Below are positions 1 through 9,671 of a stretch of 64,000 nt of DNA, in pieces. The notes beneath the pieces were generated by a model that worked only from the letters and a program-made list of their open reading frames with translations, searched no databases and was not told where the DNA came from. The position numbers were made by a program, and so were the translations under genes. The DNA lies in assembly GCA_963666985.2 (NCBI GenBank), contig CAXXIA010000002.1, positions 736,001 to 800,000 on the forward strand, written 5' to 3'. This stretch comes from Spirochaetia bacterium. GTDB lineage: Bacteria; Spirochaetota; Spirochaetia; DSM-2461. Position 1 is the stretch's first letter, and every line of letters begins with the position of its first letter.

Positions 1-53
1 TGGTTCCCCAACTTGAACTGGACCACCTGCGCTCTGGAATCCCTCATATTCAG

Positions 54-1010
54 ATGTTTGAAACCTATTATGAATACCCCTCTCCAGCAGAAATCAGCTG
101 GCCCGAGAAACTTAAAGAGCTAACGGCCGGATATAAAAAAATCGGAACTGATTTGTACACCCGCTCGGAAATCTTCAATGCACTTCAAGCCAACGCCCAG
201 GTTCACCCCTTCAACTGGGTCTACAACCGAAGATTTGTTAAATCCGAAGCCGAAATCCTTATACTAAAAGAAGCATCAAAGTACATTCGCTCCTCCATGC
301 TGGATTTCATCAAACACATCCGCCGGGGCGCAATAGTTATGGACACACTGAATCCGGCCAGAAAAACACAGAAGAAAGTCCTCATAGACAGGAAATTCAA
401 CGTCGATTTTCTGGCCTACAACTTTCTTTCCGCCGGGTGGCCCGGAGCCCAAAGCGCCGAACCCCACAGTATTCCGAACCCCACCACACAATTCACGGAC
501 GGTCCGAACGTAATGATTCTATCCTATAGGATCGATGGATATGCCGTAGAACTGGAACGAACATTCTTTACATCAGTCCCTTCAGAACTGGAAACAAAAC
601 GCTTTCAGGATATGCTCAATGCCCGTCAGATCGCCTTTGCCATGTGCAAACCCGGAGCAAAGACCCATGATATCGATAAGGCCGCCCGGGATTATCTTAT
701 CGCTCAAGGCTATGAAAAAAACATCATCCACCGCACCGGACACGGCATGGGCGTTTCCAACCATGAAGGCCCCTTCCTCGCCATCGGATCCGACACCATT
801 CTGGAACCGGGAATGGTTCTTACAATAGAACCGGGAATCTACTTCAAAGGCCACGGCGCCTACCGCCATTCAGATACCATTGTGATAACCGAAGACGGCT
901 ATGAAAACCTCACCGGCATCCCCACCGGATTGAACTTTCTCACCAGAACCCGCCCGGTCGGCCCGATTGACCGAATCAAGCGGATGGCAATCAATAGAAT
1001 CATCCGTTAG
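54..1010 (+). CDS. Xaa-Pro peptidase family protein (M24); the true start probably lies upstream of the window
   Basis: M24 motifs HRTGHGMG..HE, TIEPGIY, RHSDT; the reading frame is open back to the window edge. Confidence 0.85.
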   Translation: MFETYYEYPSPAEISWPEKLKELTAGYKKIGTDLYTRSEIFNALQANAQVHPFNWVYNRRFVKSEAEILILKEASKYIRSSMLDFIKHIRRGAIVMDTLNPARKTQKKVLIDRKFNVDFLAYNFLSAGWPGAQSAEPHSIPNPTTQFTDGPNVMILSYRIDGYAVELERTFFTSVPSELETKRFQDMLNARQIAFAMCKPGAKTHDIDKAARDYLIAQGYEKNIIHRTGHGMGVSNHEGPFLAIGSDTILEPGMVLTIEPGIYFKGHGAYRHSDTIVITEDGYENLTGIPTGLNFLTRTRPVGPIDRIKRMAINRIIR

Positions 1011-1056
1011 CTCTTCTTCCTTTGGGCAAATTTTCCCGACTTCTGCGGGAAAAACA

Positions 1057-1330
1057 CGCTTTGCGGGATTCCGTCCCGGCGGCTACGCCGCCGGATCGCA
1101 AAAAGGGTTGTACCGCAGACGCAAAGCGTCGAGGAACATAACAGCCGTGCACCACAGCGTAGCGAAGAGCATGGCGAGTCTCCCGACACTGCGGCGCCCC
1201 TCCTCTCCCTAACGCAGTCGAGGGTTGTGGCCAAGTTTAACTTGGACATAACCGAGACAAGGCAAGGGAAATGCATAGGCATTATCCCTAACGTTTTAGG
1301 GACGCACCGCTGTTAATGTTCTTCGCTTCG
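1057..1330 (+). repeat. Structured intergenic element, copy A (diverged inverted homolog at 12880-13173)
   Basis: Blocks CGCTTTGCGGGA (1057), GCAAAAAGGGTTGTACCGCAG (1098), CGAGGAAC (1130), GCGCCCCTC (1194), CGCAGTCGAG (1213) and AGGCAAGG (1260) recur in the same order on the minus strand at 13173-12974, with hairpins between blocks. Confidence 0.8.
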
Positions 1331-1335
1331 GCCGT

Positions 1336-1722
1336 CTATCCTTGAACATGTTCCCGGACATAAGCTTGAAGCCGATGACATGTTTGCAGCATAAACGGAA
1401 TATCGTCCCGAGAAATCGGATTGGAAGGTTCCGCTTCCAGAGAGCAGAATCCCGATTGATAATCATCAAGATCAATTAGATTCTTCATAAGACCATCCGG
1501 AAGCGGAGCAACTTTTTCAAGACCGCTCGCCAAATCCCGAAAGGTGTGCCCTTCGGGCAGAACCGATTCCCTGAGCAATAAAGCCATACTCATTTTCTCA
1601 ATGGAGAGAGCCACCAAATTGAATAAAGCATCGGGGTTGAACTTCCCGGGCCGTTCATAACCGCCGCAAGCCGTTTTAAAGAAACTTCCGCCCTGCTCCC
1701 AATACGATTGCCAGTCATTCAT
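1336..1722 (-). CDS. HEPN-like small helical protein
   Basis: GGAGG RBS before ATG at 1722; SIEKMSMALL...PEGHTFRDL resembles the HEPN AVEKALKA...THDL pattern. Confidence 0.5.
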   Translation of the reverse strand: MNDWQSYWEQGGSFFKTACGGYERPGKFNPDALFNLVALSIEKMSMALLLRESVLPEGHTFRDLASGLEKVAPLPDGLMKNLIDLDDYQSGFCSLEAEPSNPISRDDIPFMLQTCHRLQAYVREHVQG

Positions 1723-1904
1723 TCTTACACCTCCCGGAAGCCTTTGCAAAAAGAAAGCAAAATCCATTCCGGGCAAGGAACCGACCTCTTTTACAGTCTT
1801 TTCACGGATGAAGATGAGGGAAAGGCACCTCGGGGTATCCTTAAAAGGATGTTTTTACATTTTCGTGAGAAATAAGCGGAGTAAAAAAAGACGCCTCGCG
1901 GGGA

Positions 1905-2420
1905 TCAACTCTCCCCTTTCAACAGCTCCCGTTCCAGAAACCACCGGACGGAACCGAAAGCGAACATTTCCATCTTCACATCCCGGCGGCTCAAAAATAA
2001 AACCTCCGAGACTTCATCTTCCTGGAGGGAAAACGGTCCGGAAACACATTCGGCTCTAAAGAATAAATCACAGGTTTTATAAACAATGCCCTTATAGGGG
2101 TATGTATTCGGCCGACTGGCGGCGTATTCGAGGGAAGCAAGCTCAACACCCAGCTCTTCTCTCAGCTCCCGGCGGCACGCTTCCTCGGCGGACTCATCCG
2201 GATCCACGAACCCGCCCGGAAGATCGAGGAGCCCGAGCCCGGGCTCCTTGGCGCGGCGTAAGAAAACGAATCGGTCATCCCGCTTCAGCAGAATACCGAC
2301 GGCGGAAGCAACGTTGTGATAATACGTAAAACCGCATTCGGGACATACGATTTTCCGTTCGGCGGGAAACTCCGGGGCCGGACGGCGGCATTGGGGACAA
2401 TACTTGAACATGGAATTCAT
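1905..2420 (-). CDS. NUDIX hydrolase with N-terminal zinc ribbon
   Basis: CPQC...CPEC ribbon; Nudix box GGFVDPDESAEEACRRELREELG. Confidence 0.9.
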   Translation of the reverse strand: MNSMFKYCPQCRRPAPEFPAERKIVCPECGFTYYHNVASAVGILLKRDDRFVFLRRAKEPGLGLLDLPGGFVDPDESAEEACRRELREELGVELASLEYAASRPNTYPYKGIVYKTCDLFFRAECVSGPFSLQEDEVSEVLFLSRRDVKMEMFAFGSVRWFLERELLKGES

Positions 2421-2572
2421 TGTCTCTTGATTCGAAAGGACAAATCAAGGATGCGATCGGAAAAGATCGGTTTGAAATCCGCGCCCTTCTGGTTACACAC
2501 GGCGGCTTACACACGAAGCCGCGTCGAAGAAAAATCGAGGCGGCTCCGGCGTTTTTTCTCAAGGACGCACCG

Positions 2573-3553
2573 CTATAAGGCAAAAACCCCGGTTCGCAGC
2601 ATCTTCAGCATTTCCGTGGCGGAACCTGTTTCCGTTAAAGAATCCAAGGCTTCCCTGCCGATTTTTTCCACCAGCCGGGTATATAAATCCATGTAGAGGA
2701 TGCTCTCCCGAACGGCTTCGAACTGATCTTCCCGGAAAGGGAAAATGTCCACGGAAATCCATCCGCCGTATCCTCGCTTATCCAGGATATGAAACATCTC
2801 CAGGAACTCAGGCAAACGGACCGAACCGACAATCATGTCGTCGTCCCATGTTCCGTAGTTGTCGTTGGCGTGAACATTGAACAAACGGCCCGCTTTCAGC
2901 GCCATATCCAAATCCCGAGCCATGTTTCCGCCGGCCAAAAGCGTATGCCCCACATCCACGGTCAAACCGAGATTGGTCCGATTCGCTTCGGCGCAAATCA
3001 GAAGAGCCGTGGGCACGGTATCCACCAGAGAACGATTCCGAGGTTCCCGAAGCTTCGGTTCCAGGGTAATCTTCACATCGGGCGCGTAATCACAGAGCTC
3101 TGTGACGCTTTCCAGAAACGCATCCCACTGCCGGGCGTAATCGGTTTGGAAGGGGTAATCGAATCCGTCCTGACCGGTCCAAAGATTATATCCGCCCGCT
3201 CCGACCGACCGGGCGAAATCCAGCCCCCGTTTGGTATCGTCAACAGCGTTTTTCCGAACAGCCGCATCGGAGGCCGAAAGCGATCCGTACATCCATTTTT
3301 GTTCTCCGTATAAGGAAGAATTCACGAAAGACGCCTTCAGTCCCGCCTCGCCGAGGAGTTTTTTGACGGCGATCTCATCGGATTCAACGCCGCCTTCGGT
3401 GGAAAAGCTCAATTCCACGCCGTCAAGAACGCCGATGTTCACCAAGGCGTCGATAATTTCTTCATAGGCGTAGGGACGTTTATACCCGCAACTCATATAC
3501 CTGTCGCAGATGTTGTTCAAAGATCCGGTGATGGTGCTGTACTTGTATTTCAT
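2573..3553 (-). CDS. Xylose-isomerase-like TIM-barrel sugar isomerase
   Basis: WTGQDGFDY, EPKLREPR, DVGH, HANDN..DDD metal-binding motifs. Confidence 0.85.
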   Translation of the reverse strand: MKYKYSTITGSLNNICDRYMSCGYKRPYAYEEIIDALVNIGVLDGVELSFSTEGGVESDEIAVKKLLGEAGLKASFVNSSLYGEQKWMYGSLSASDAAVRKNAVDDTKRGLDFARSVGAGGYNLWTGQDGFDYPFQTDYARQWDAFLESVTELCDYAPDVKITLEPKLREPRNRSLVDTVPTALLICAEANRTNLGLTVDVGHTLLAGGNMARDLDMALKAGRLFNVHANDNYGTWDDDMIVGSVRLPEFLEMFHILDKRGYGGWISVDIFPFREDQFEAVRESILYMDLYTRLVEKIGREALDSLTETGSATEMLKMLRTGVFAL

Positions 3554-3657
3554 TTAAATTCCTTTCGGTGGCGTCTTTCGAGAACCGCCCTTATGAAAAG
3601 TCGCATAAGATTCCGGGATTCACTCACCCCGGATTGAACGGGCGGTTCCGTTTGTTC

Positions 3658-4524
3658 CTATTCGCTCATCAGCCCCCGAACGAAGGCAACCGATTTCTTA
3701 AGATTTTCATCCATCAAGGAAGGATTCATAAGAGGACGATATAAGCTTACGGCGGAGCCGACTTCGCCTCCGGGCTTCACGAAAGGTTCCATGGTAATGG
3801 GCCCCCGGTAGTCCGCGCCTTTGAGCGCCGAGAAAATATCCTTCCACGGCATGGTTCCCAAACCGGGGAATTTTCGGTTGTTTTCACCGATATGGAAATA
3901 GCCGAGGCGTTTCCCGGCCGTGAGAATGGCATCAACCTGGGAATCTTCTTCGATATTCATATGGAACGTATCCAAATGAATACCGATTTGAGGCGAACCG
4001 ACCTCATCAATATATTGAATCGCCTCGGCGCAGCTGTTGACCAGGAAATTCTCGAAACGATTCACCACCTCGACATTGAACTTCACGCCATGATCGGCGA
4101 AAGCCTTGGAGGCTTCCTTCATGCTCTTCACGCTGATATTCCAGCGTTCGCTCTTTTCTTTATAATCCTGAATCCGCCCGTTCCAAGCTCCGTGAACAAT
4201 GCCGCTGCATGAGGGAGCTCCCACCTTTTCCATGGCGGCGGCCAGTTTGATCAGGAAATCCAGACCGGCCTTCCGAACGGAGGAATCGGCGGAACTCACA
4301 TCCAGTTCCACGGGGAGTCCCAAACTCATCGCCAATAAAACGCCGTTGTCTTCCGCCATGGCCTTGAATTCGGCGATGGCCGCATCATCCATTTCCACAA
4401 GCCATGCGGCGCCGAACTCCAAGAGATCGAAACCCAGGGCTTTAGCCTTCGGAATCAAATCTTGTTGATTTTCCATCCAGTCGGTTACGAAACAGCCGTA
4501 ATGGATACCCAGAGGATTATTCAT
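3658..4524 (-). CDS. D-psicose/D-tagatose 3-epimerase family ketose epimerase
   Basis: EVVNRFE, HLDTFHMNIEE, HIGENNRKFPG, TMEPF motifs. Confidence 0.88.
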   Translation of the reverse strand: MNNPLGIHYGCFVTDWMENQQDLIPKAKALGFDLLEFGAAWLVEMDDAAIAEFKAMAEDNGVLLAMSLGLPVELDVSSADSSVRKAGLDFLIKLAAAMEKVGAPSCSGIVHGAWNGRIQDYKEKSERWNISVKSMKEASKAFADHGVKFNVEVVNRFENFLVNSCAEAIQYIDEVGSPQIGIHLDTFHMNIEEDSQVDAILTAGKRLGYFHIGENNRKFPGLGTMPWKDIFSALKGADYRGPITMEPFVKPGGEVGSAVSLYRPLMNPSLMDENLKKSVAFVRGLMSE

Positions 4525-4628
4525 TGCTCGATTCTCCTTTTCTTCTCTCATTTCTCATTTGCGTGTATCGAAAGGCGGCGATGCCGGCGGAGTCCTGGGA
4601 CGAACAAAACGCCCCGAGAGGAATGCCG

Positions 4629-5852
4629 TCAGATCTTCCGCCAATCCTCGACGGCCAAATCCGGATTACCGGCGCCGAAATGTTTCAGAATAACCAGATC
4701 GTCACAGGGCGAATTGTTTGTAATTTCAACACCTTCTTTAGCGGCCTGCTCGCCGACGAAATATTCATCAAGAGTCAGCTGACCGAATCTGATCAACGCC
4801 GGTGTTTCCACCGGATGTCCGCCGAAGGAACCATGTCCCTGAACCACGTACATTCCGTAAGCCGCCGCATCTTTAATAACGACGCTGCGGCCGGGTTCGA
4901 CGGTCAGCTCTTTGGCGCTGATGGCCTCGCTCTTATAGCAGATCCAATTTTCGCGGTATCCGTCCATCTCTTCGGAAGCTTTTACCGGTTTCGGAGCCAT
5001 GAAGTTATGCTCGTGAAAAAGAGGATCCACATTGAGTTCCCAATCGATTACTTCAACGAGGTAGTCGAAGTTTCCCATTTTATCTTCGGGAGTATTCTTC
5101 CACAGAAGCGAGGAATCGATAATCTGATGATTCACCAAAGACTGGTACATGGCATAAACATCGGAAGCCATTTGAGGCTCGTAAGTACACAGACTTCCCG
5201 GCGCGTGAAGCACTCCGGGATGAACGTTCCAGCCGGTTCCCGGAACAAGACGATACGCCGGGGCCAAATCGGTAATATGATTATCCCCTTTGGTGAAGTC
5301 CATTAAAGCCTTCTTCACCTCTTCCCTGGTGGTTTCGGGATTCAGACCGAAGAACGTATACGGGAAATCTCCGCCGTGATTGTTCAGTTGGGGCGGAAAA
5401 TAATAAGCCTCGGGCTTTCCCATCTCGCCGACCAGAGCGGCATGCTCATCTCCATGATGAATATGATGCGGCAGCGGCCCTTTATTATCGAAGAATTTGG
5501 AAAACATCGGCCATTTGCCGTAGGTGTTCCACAGACGATCGCCGATAAGAGCGCCCTTCAGTTCATCCACCGCATCCCTGAGAAGGAACTGCTCCGTTTT
5601 GCCGCCGTCTTCGAAAACAACGAAACTCAAACCTTCATTTTCACCGGTTTCCGGACCGTTGTCCGCCGGAGTCGTGGAGGAAAACCACCTTTCGTCGATT
5701 CCGCCCCGGTTTCCGCCGAGAGCATAGTAATCATCCGGATGGAGCTTGATACGCCGGCCGGGGATACAGAAGGAACGAGGAACCCAGTTGGGAACCAGCC
5801 TGAAGATGCCCCGCCCGGCATCGAATGCGTTGTGAATCGTATTTTTAGACAT
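4629..5852 (-). CDS. Cupin protein, class I phosphomannose-isomerase-like
   Basis: PHHIH, GKPEAYY and PGVLHAPG cupin metal motifs; sugar operon context. Confidence 0.7.
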   Translation of the reverse strand: MSKNTIHNAFDAGRGIFRLVPNWVPRSFCIPGRRIKLHPDDYYALGGNRGGIDERWFSSTTPADNGPETGENEGLSFVVFEDGGKTEQFLLRDAVDELKGALIGDRLWNTYGKWPMFSKFFDNKGPLPHHIHHGDEHAALVGEMGKPEAYYFPPQLNNHGGDFPYTFFGLNPETTREEVKKALMDFTKGDNHITDLAPAYRLVPGTGWNVHPGVLHAPGSLCTYEPQMASDVYAMYQSLVNHQIIDSSLLWKNTPEDKMGNFDYLVEVIDWELNVDPLFHEHNFMAPKPVKASEEMDGYRENWICYKSEAISAKELTVEPGRSVVIKDAAAYGMYVVQGHGSFGGHPVETPALIRFGQLTLDEYFVGEQAAKEGVEITNNSPCDDLVILKHFGAGNPDLAVEDWRKI

Positions 5853-5921
5853 ATGCCTACTCCTTAGAAATCCGTTGTAAGTATCATGGAACGCGAGAGA
5901 TTCCGCCTCTCACGATTCGTT

Positions 5922-6854
5922 TCAATCCCGGAGCCGGTCCAGAAGAACGGCACCGATTATAATCAATCCCTTCACGACCAGCTGAAAATAAGCCGAAATC
6001 CCCAGAAGATTCATACCGTTGTTAATCACGCCGATCAGCAGGGCGCCGACAAAGGTTCCCCAAATGGTGCCGCGGCCGCCCATCAGGCTCGTTCCGCCGA
6101 TAACCACCGCCGCGATAACGTCCATTTCATATCCGTTACCGGCGATCGGTTCCGCGGAATTAAGCCTTGAGGTAAGAATGAGGGAACTGATGCCGGCGGT
6201 CAGACCGGAGATTCCGTAAATAATCGTCTTGAAGAAAGGCGCATTAATCCCCGAGAGACGAACGGTTTCCTCGTTGCCGCCGATGGCGTAGGTGTAGCGT
6301 CCCAAACGGGTCTGATTCAGAATAAGCCAGGCCAATACCACCGATACGAAGAAAAGAATGATGGGAATGGGGATTCCCAGAACATAACCTCCGCCGAGCT
6401 TCCGGAATCCCTCGCTGAATCCCGATATGGGATACCCGTTGGTATAAATCATCGTCAAACCCCGGGCGATGCTCATCATTCCCAGAGTCACCACGAAGGG
6501 CGTAATCTTTCCCAGATTGATAATCAGCCCGTTCACCAGGCCGAAGAGGGTGCCCACCAACAAAGTACCGATGAAAACGGGAAGAGGACTCCATCCGGCT
6601 TTAAGCATTCCGGCGCAGGCAACGCCGGAGATGGCCACCAAAGACCCGACCGAAAGGTCGATACCGCCCGTGAGAATCACAAACGTCATTCCTACCGCCA
6701 TAATTCCGTAAATGGACGACTGCCTGACGACATTGATGATGTTCATTCCGGTAAGAAACACAGGAGAGAGAATGGAAAGGATGATGCACAGAACGAAGAA
6801 CGCGATCACGATCCCGTAGTTCTTCATGATGTACTTGATATCGGGCGCTTTCAT
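5922..6854 (-). CDS. Monosaccharide ABC transporter permease (RbsC-like)
   Basis: GGIDLSVG, AIGGNEE and IAAVVIGG motifs; multiple TM segments. Confidence 0.93.
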   Translation of the reverse strand: MKAPDIKYIMKNYGIVIAFFVLCIILSILSPVFLTGMNIINVVRQSSIYGIMAVGMTFVILTGGIDLSVGSLVAISGVACAGMLKAGWSPLPVFIGTLLVGTLFGLVNGLIINLGKITPFVVTLGMMSIARGLTMIYTNGYPISGFSEGFRKLGGGYVLGIPIPIILFFVSVVLAWLILNQTRLGRYTYAIGGNEETVRLSGINAPFFKTIIYGISGLTAGISSLILTSRLNSAEPIAGNGYEMDVIAAVVIGGTSLMGGRGTIWGTFVGALLIGVINNGMNLLGISAYFQLVVKGLIIIGAVLLDRLRD

Positions 6855-8356
6855 GCGGTCGCTCCTTTTTCATGGAGGCCGAGGGAATATTCCATCACCT
6901 CTTCCTCACTTGCTTCGCCCTTGGCGAATTCCTTGACGATGCGACCGTCGTAGACGACTTCGATCCGATCGCTCATATTCATAATTTCCGTAAGCTCCGA
7001 GGACACCATGATGATTCCGGCACCGGCGGCGGCAAGATTCTGCATCAATTTGTAGATTTCCAGCTTGGCGCCCACATCGATGCCCCGTGTCGGTTCGTCA
7101 AAAATGTAAAGGTCGCAATCCCGAATAAACCACTTGGAAAGAACCACCTTCTGCTGATTGCCGCCCGAGAGGTTCTGAGCCTGCTGCTTGGTGGAAGGTG
7201 TTTTGATTGCGATGTCCCGAATAATCTTCTTAACCTTGCCGGTGATGATGCGGCGCTGGAGAAACCCGAACCGGGAATACTTATCAAGAACGGTGATGGC
7301 CGAATTGTCGAATAAGGACATTCCGAGAATCAGTCCCTGCTTCTTTCTCTCTTCAGGAATAAGACCGATACCCTGACGAACAGCGTCCCGCGGCTTCTTA
7401 ATCTTTATTTCCCGCCCCTTCATGAAGATTCTGCCCGCATCCTTTTTCCGATGGCCGTAGATCAGTTCCATAATCTCCGTCCTGCCGGCACCCACGAGAC
7501 CGGTGAATCCGACGATTTCACCGCTTTGCACGGTGAAATTCACGTTACGGCAGACTCCTTCTTTGGATAATCCTTCCACGCGCAGCATTTCGCCTTTGGG
7601 AACGTAGGAAGATTGGGGATACTGCTCGGTAAGCTGCCGTCCGACCATGTGTTTGATAATCTCATCGACGGTTAGTTCACCATACGGTTTCGTAATAATG
7701 CACTCGCCGTCCCGAAGAACGGTTACCCGATCGGCGACATGGCTGAGTTCTTCCAATCGATGGGAAATATATATAATCGAAACGCCTTTGGCCTTCAGGC
7801 CGGCGATAATTTCAAAGAGACGATCAACCTCGTTTCCGGTGAGCGGCGCGGTGGGCTCGTCCATCACCAAAATGTCCGATTTCAAAGAAATGGCTTTGAG
7901 GATTTCCACAACCTGCTGGAAGGCCGGACTGATGGTATACACCTTGGCCCGAGCATCCAGCTCAATATGGAACGACGCCATCAGTTCTTCCACATTGCCG
8001 TACATGGCTTTCCAATCGATAAGCCCGCTTGGATGGCGGGGTTCCCTGCCGAGGAAAATATTTTCGGCGATGGAAAGGTTGTTTACCAGGTTCAGCTCCT
8101 GATAGATCACGCTGATTCCGGAGGCCAGCATGTTTTTAAGGCCGCTGTTGGTTACATCCCGGCCTCTGAGTTCAATCCGTCCTTCGTCCGACCTGTACAC
8201 ACCCGAGAGTATCTTCATCAGTGTGGATTTTCCGGCGCCGTTCTCTCCCACCAAGGCATGGACTTCACCGGTATCGAGGTCGAAATTCACATTTTTAAGG
8301 GCTTTGACTCCGGGAAACGATTTCGTGATTCCCGTCATTTTCAGCAATGTCGACAT
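6851..8356 (-). CDS. Monosaccharide ABC transporter ATP-binding protein (RbsA-like)
   Basis: GENGAGKST Walker A, LSGGNQQKV, DEPTRGIDVGAK; tandem ABC domains. Confidence 0.95.
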   Translation of the reverse strand: MSTLLKMTGITKSFPGVKALKNVNFDLDTGEVHALVGENGAGKSTLMKILSGVYRSDEGRIELRGRDVTNSGLKNMLASGISVIYQELNLVNNLSIAENIFLGREPRHPSGLIDWKAMYGNVEELMASFHIELDARAKVYTISPAFQQVVEILKAISLKSDILVMDEPTAPLTGNEVDRLFEIIAGLKAKGVSIIYISHRLEELSHVADRVTVLRDGECIITKPYGELTVDEIIKHMVGRQLTEQYPQSSYVPKGEMLRVEGLSKEGVCRNVNFTVQSGEIVGFTGLVGAGRTEIMELIYGHRKKDAGRIFMKGREIKIKKPRDAVRQGIGLIPEERKKQGLILGMSLFDNSAITVLDKYSRFGFLQRRIITGKVKKIIRDIAIKTPSTKQQAQNLSGGNQQKVVLSKWFIRDCDLYIFDEPTRGIDVGAKLEIYKLMQNLAAAGAGIIMVSSELTEIMNMSDRIEVVYDGRIVKEFAKGEASEEEVMEYSLGLHEKGATA

Positions 8357-8380
8357 GGCATTCCTATTTTAACGGACATC

Positions 8381-8408
8381 AGGGACCGGTGAATCAATTC
8401 CCGGTCCC
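8381..8408 (-). other. Intercistronic hairpin after the substrate-binding protein gene
   Basis: GGGACCGG...CCGGTCCC inverted repeat between the SBP and ATPase genes. Confidence 0.5.
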
Positions 8409-8441
8409 CGACGTCATTTCATTTTTCTATCTACTCCGGTT

Positions 8442-9353
8442 TTACGGCATCGGCTTCGGGCTGATGTAAATCACATCCTTGGCGGGCTTTTCTCCCGCAG
8501 TGATGTTTTTATAGAGAACTTCCAGCGCCGTTCCGGCCTGCTGTCCGGGGAACTGGTCGACGGTCACGTCCAGTTTGCCTTCGTCGATATAAGCAAAGGC
8601 ATCGGGAGTGGCGTCGAAACCGACGGTAACGATACCGGAAGGATCGATGCCCGAAGCGGCCATGGCCTCGATGGCGCCGATGATCATTTCGTCGTTGGCA
8701 CCGAAGACGGCGTCGAAATCAGGATGAGCCTGAATCAGATTTTCCATAACGCTCTGACCTTTGGATCGGGAGAAGTCCGCGCTCTGGCTGGCCAGAATTT
8801 TCACTCCGGAACCGGCCATGACTTCATCGAAACCGGCTTTCCGGTCTATGGCCGCCGAAGCGCCCGGTGTGCCTTCCAGCTCAATAACCTTACCTTTTCC
8901 GCCGAGTGCATCAATGATGAACCGCGCCGCGGACCGTCCGCCTTCGACATTGTCGGCACCGACATGAATCAGAACTTTGTCGGTATTCGCCTTCCTGTCC
9001 ACGGTGGCCACGGGGATACCGGCGGCCACGGCGGCCTCGATGGCCGGAACTTGGGAATCGGTCGTAATGGGGGAAATCAAAATGCCGTCGACCTTCTGAG
9101 CGATGAAGTTTTCAATGGCGGCCATCTGATTGGACGATTGATTCTGAGAATCATGAATAATCAGCTTCACACCGAGCTCATCGGCCTTCTTCTGCGCTTC
9201 GTCTCCCATAATGACGAAAAACGGGAACTGCATTCCCGGTACGGTCATCCCGATGGTAATTACACCTTCGTCGCCCGCATCGGCACCGCCGCCGGCAAAG
9301 GCCATGGGAACGGCCAAAGCGATCAGACAGAGAACCGCGAGATACTTTTTCAT
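8442..9353 (-). CDS. Sugar ABC transporter substrate-binding protein (RbsB-like)
   Basis: Signal peptide ending AFAGG; GADNVEGG, ANDEM and VGFD motifs; GGAG RBS. Confidence 0.92.
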   Translation of the reverse strand: MKKYLAVLCLIALAVPMAFAGGGADAGDEGVITIGMTVPGMQFPFFVIMGDEAQKKADELGVKLIIHDSQNQSSNQMAAIENFIAQKVDGILISPITTDSQVPAIEAAVAAGIPVATVDRKANTDKVLIHVGADNVEGGRSAARFIIDALGGKGKVIELEGTPGASAAIDRKAGFDEVMAGSGVKILASQSADFSRSKGQSVMENLIQAHPDFDAVFGANDEMIIGAIEAMAASGIDPSGIVTVGFDATPDAFAYIDEGKLDVTVDQFPGQQAGTALEVLYKNITAGEKPAKDVIYISPKPMP

Positions 9354-9387
9354 GTCATTTCTCCTTTTTGGAATTGGTATTGGCCTC

Positions 9388-9417
9388 ATTATCAGGGGCT
9401 GAATTCACACTTGTCAA
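9388..9417 (-). promoter_or_regulatory. Sigma70-type promoter for the sugar ABC operon
   Basis: Minus strand TTGACA-18 bp-GATAAT, about 35 bp upstream of the SBP start. Confidence 0.55.
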
Positions 9418-9425
9418 GGAAAATA

Positions 9426-9629
9426 TGGCATCGTTTGCAATATCGTTTTCAGGATCATTTTTTCTGCATCCGAAATCAAGTTTCCTAAAATTAAATCGAT
9501 TCCATTTCCTTTTCTTATAAGTTTTTATCATTTATCAAGCGTAAATCATCAAAACATTGTTCATTGACAACGGCAAATCGTCATGATAACGTTTTTGCAA
9601 TCGTTTTCTTAACAATGGTAACGATATCC
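9426..9629. promoter_or_regulatory. LacI-family operator-like sites and lacI promoter
   Basis: CG-centred pseudo-palindromes TGGCATCGTTTGCA (9426), TGATAACGTTTTTG (9584), TGCAATCGTTTTCT (9596), TGGTAACGATATCC (9616); TTGACA (9564)-17 bp-TAACGT with TG extension. Confidence 0.6.
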
Positions 9630-9671
9630 CGCATTAGGGTAAGATACATCAACGGAAGGAGATCGTTTGCA

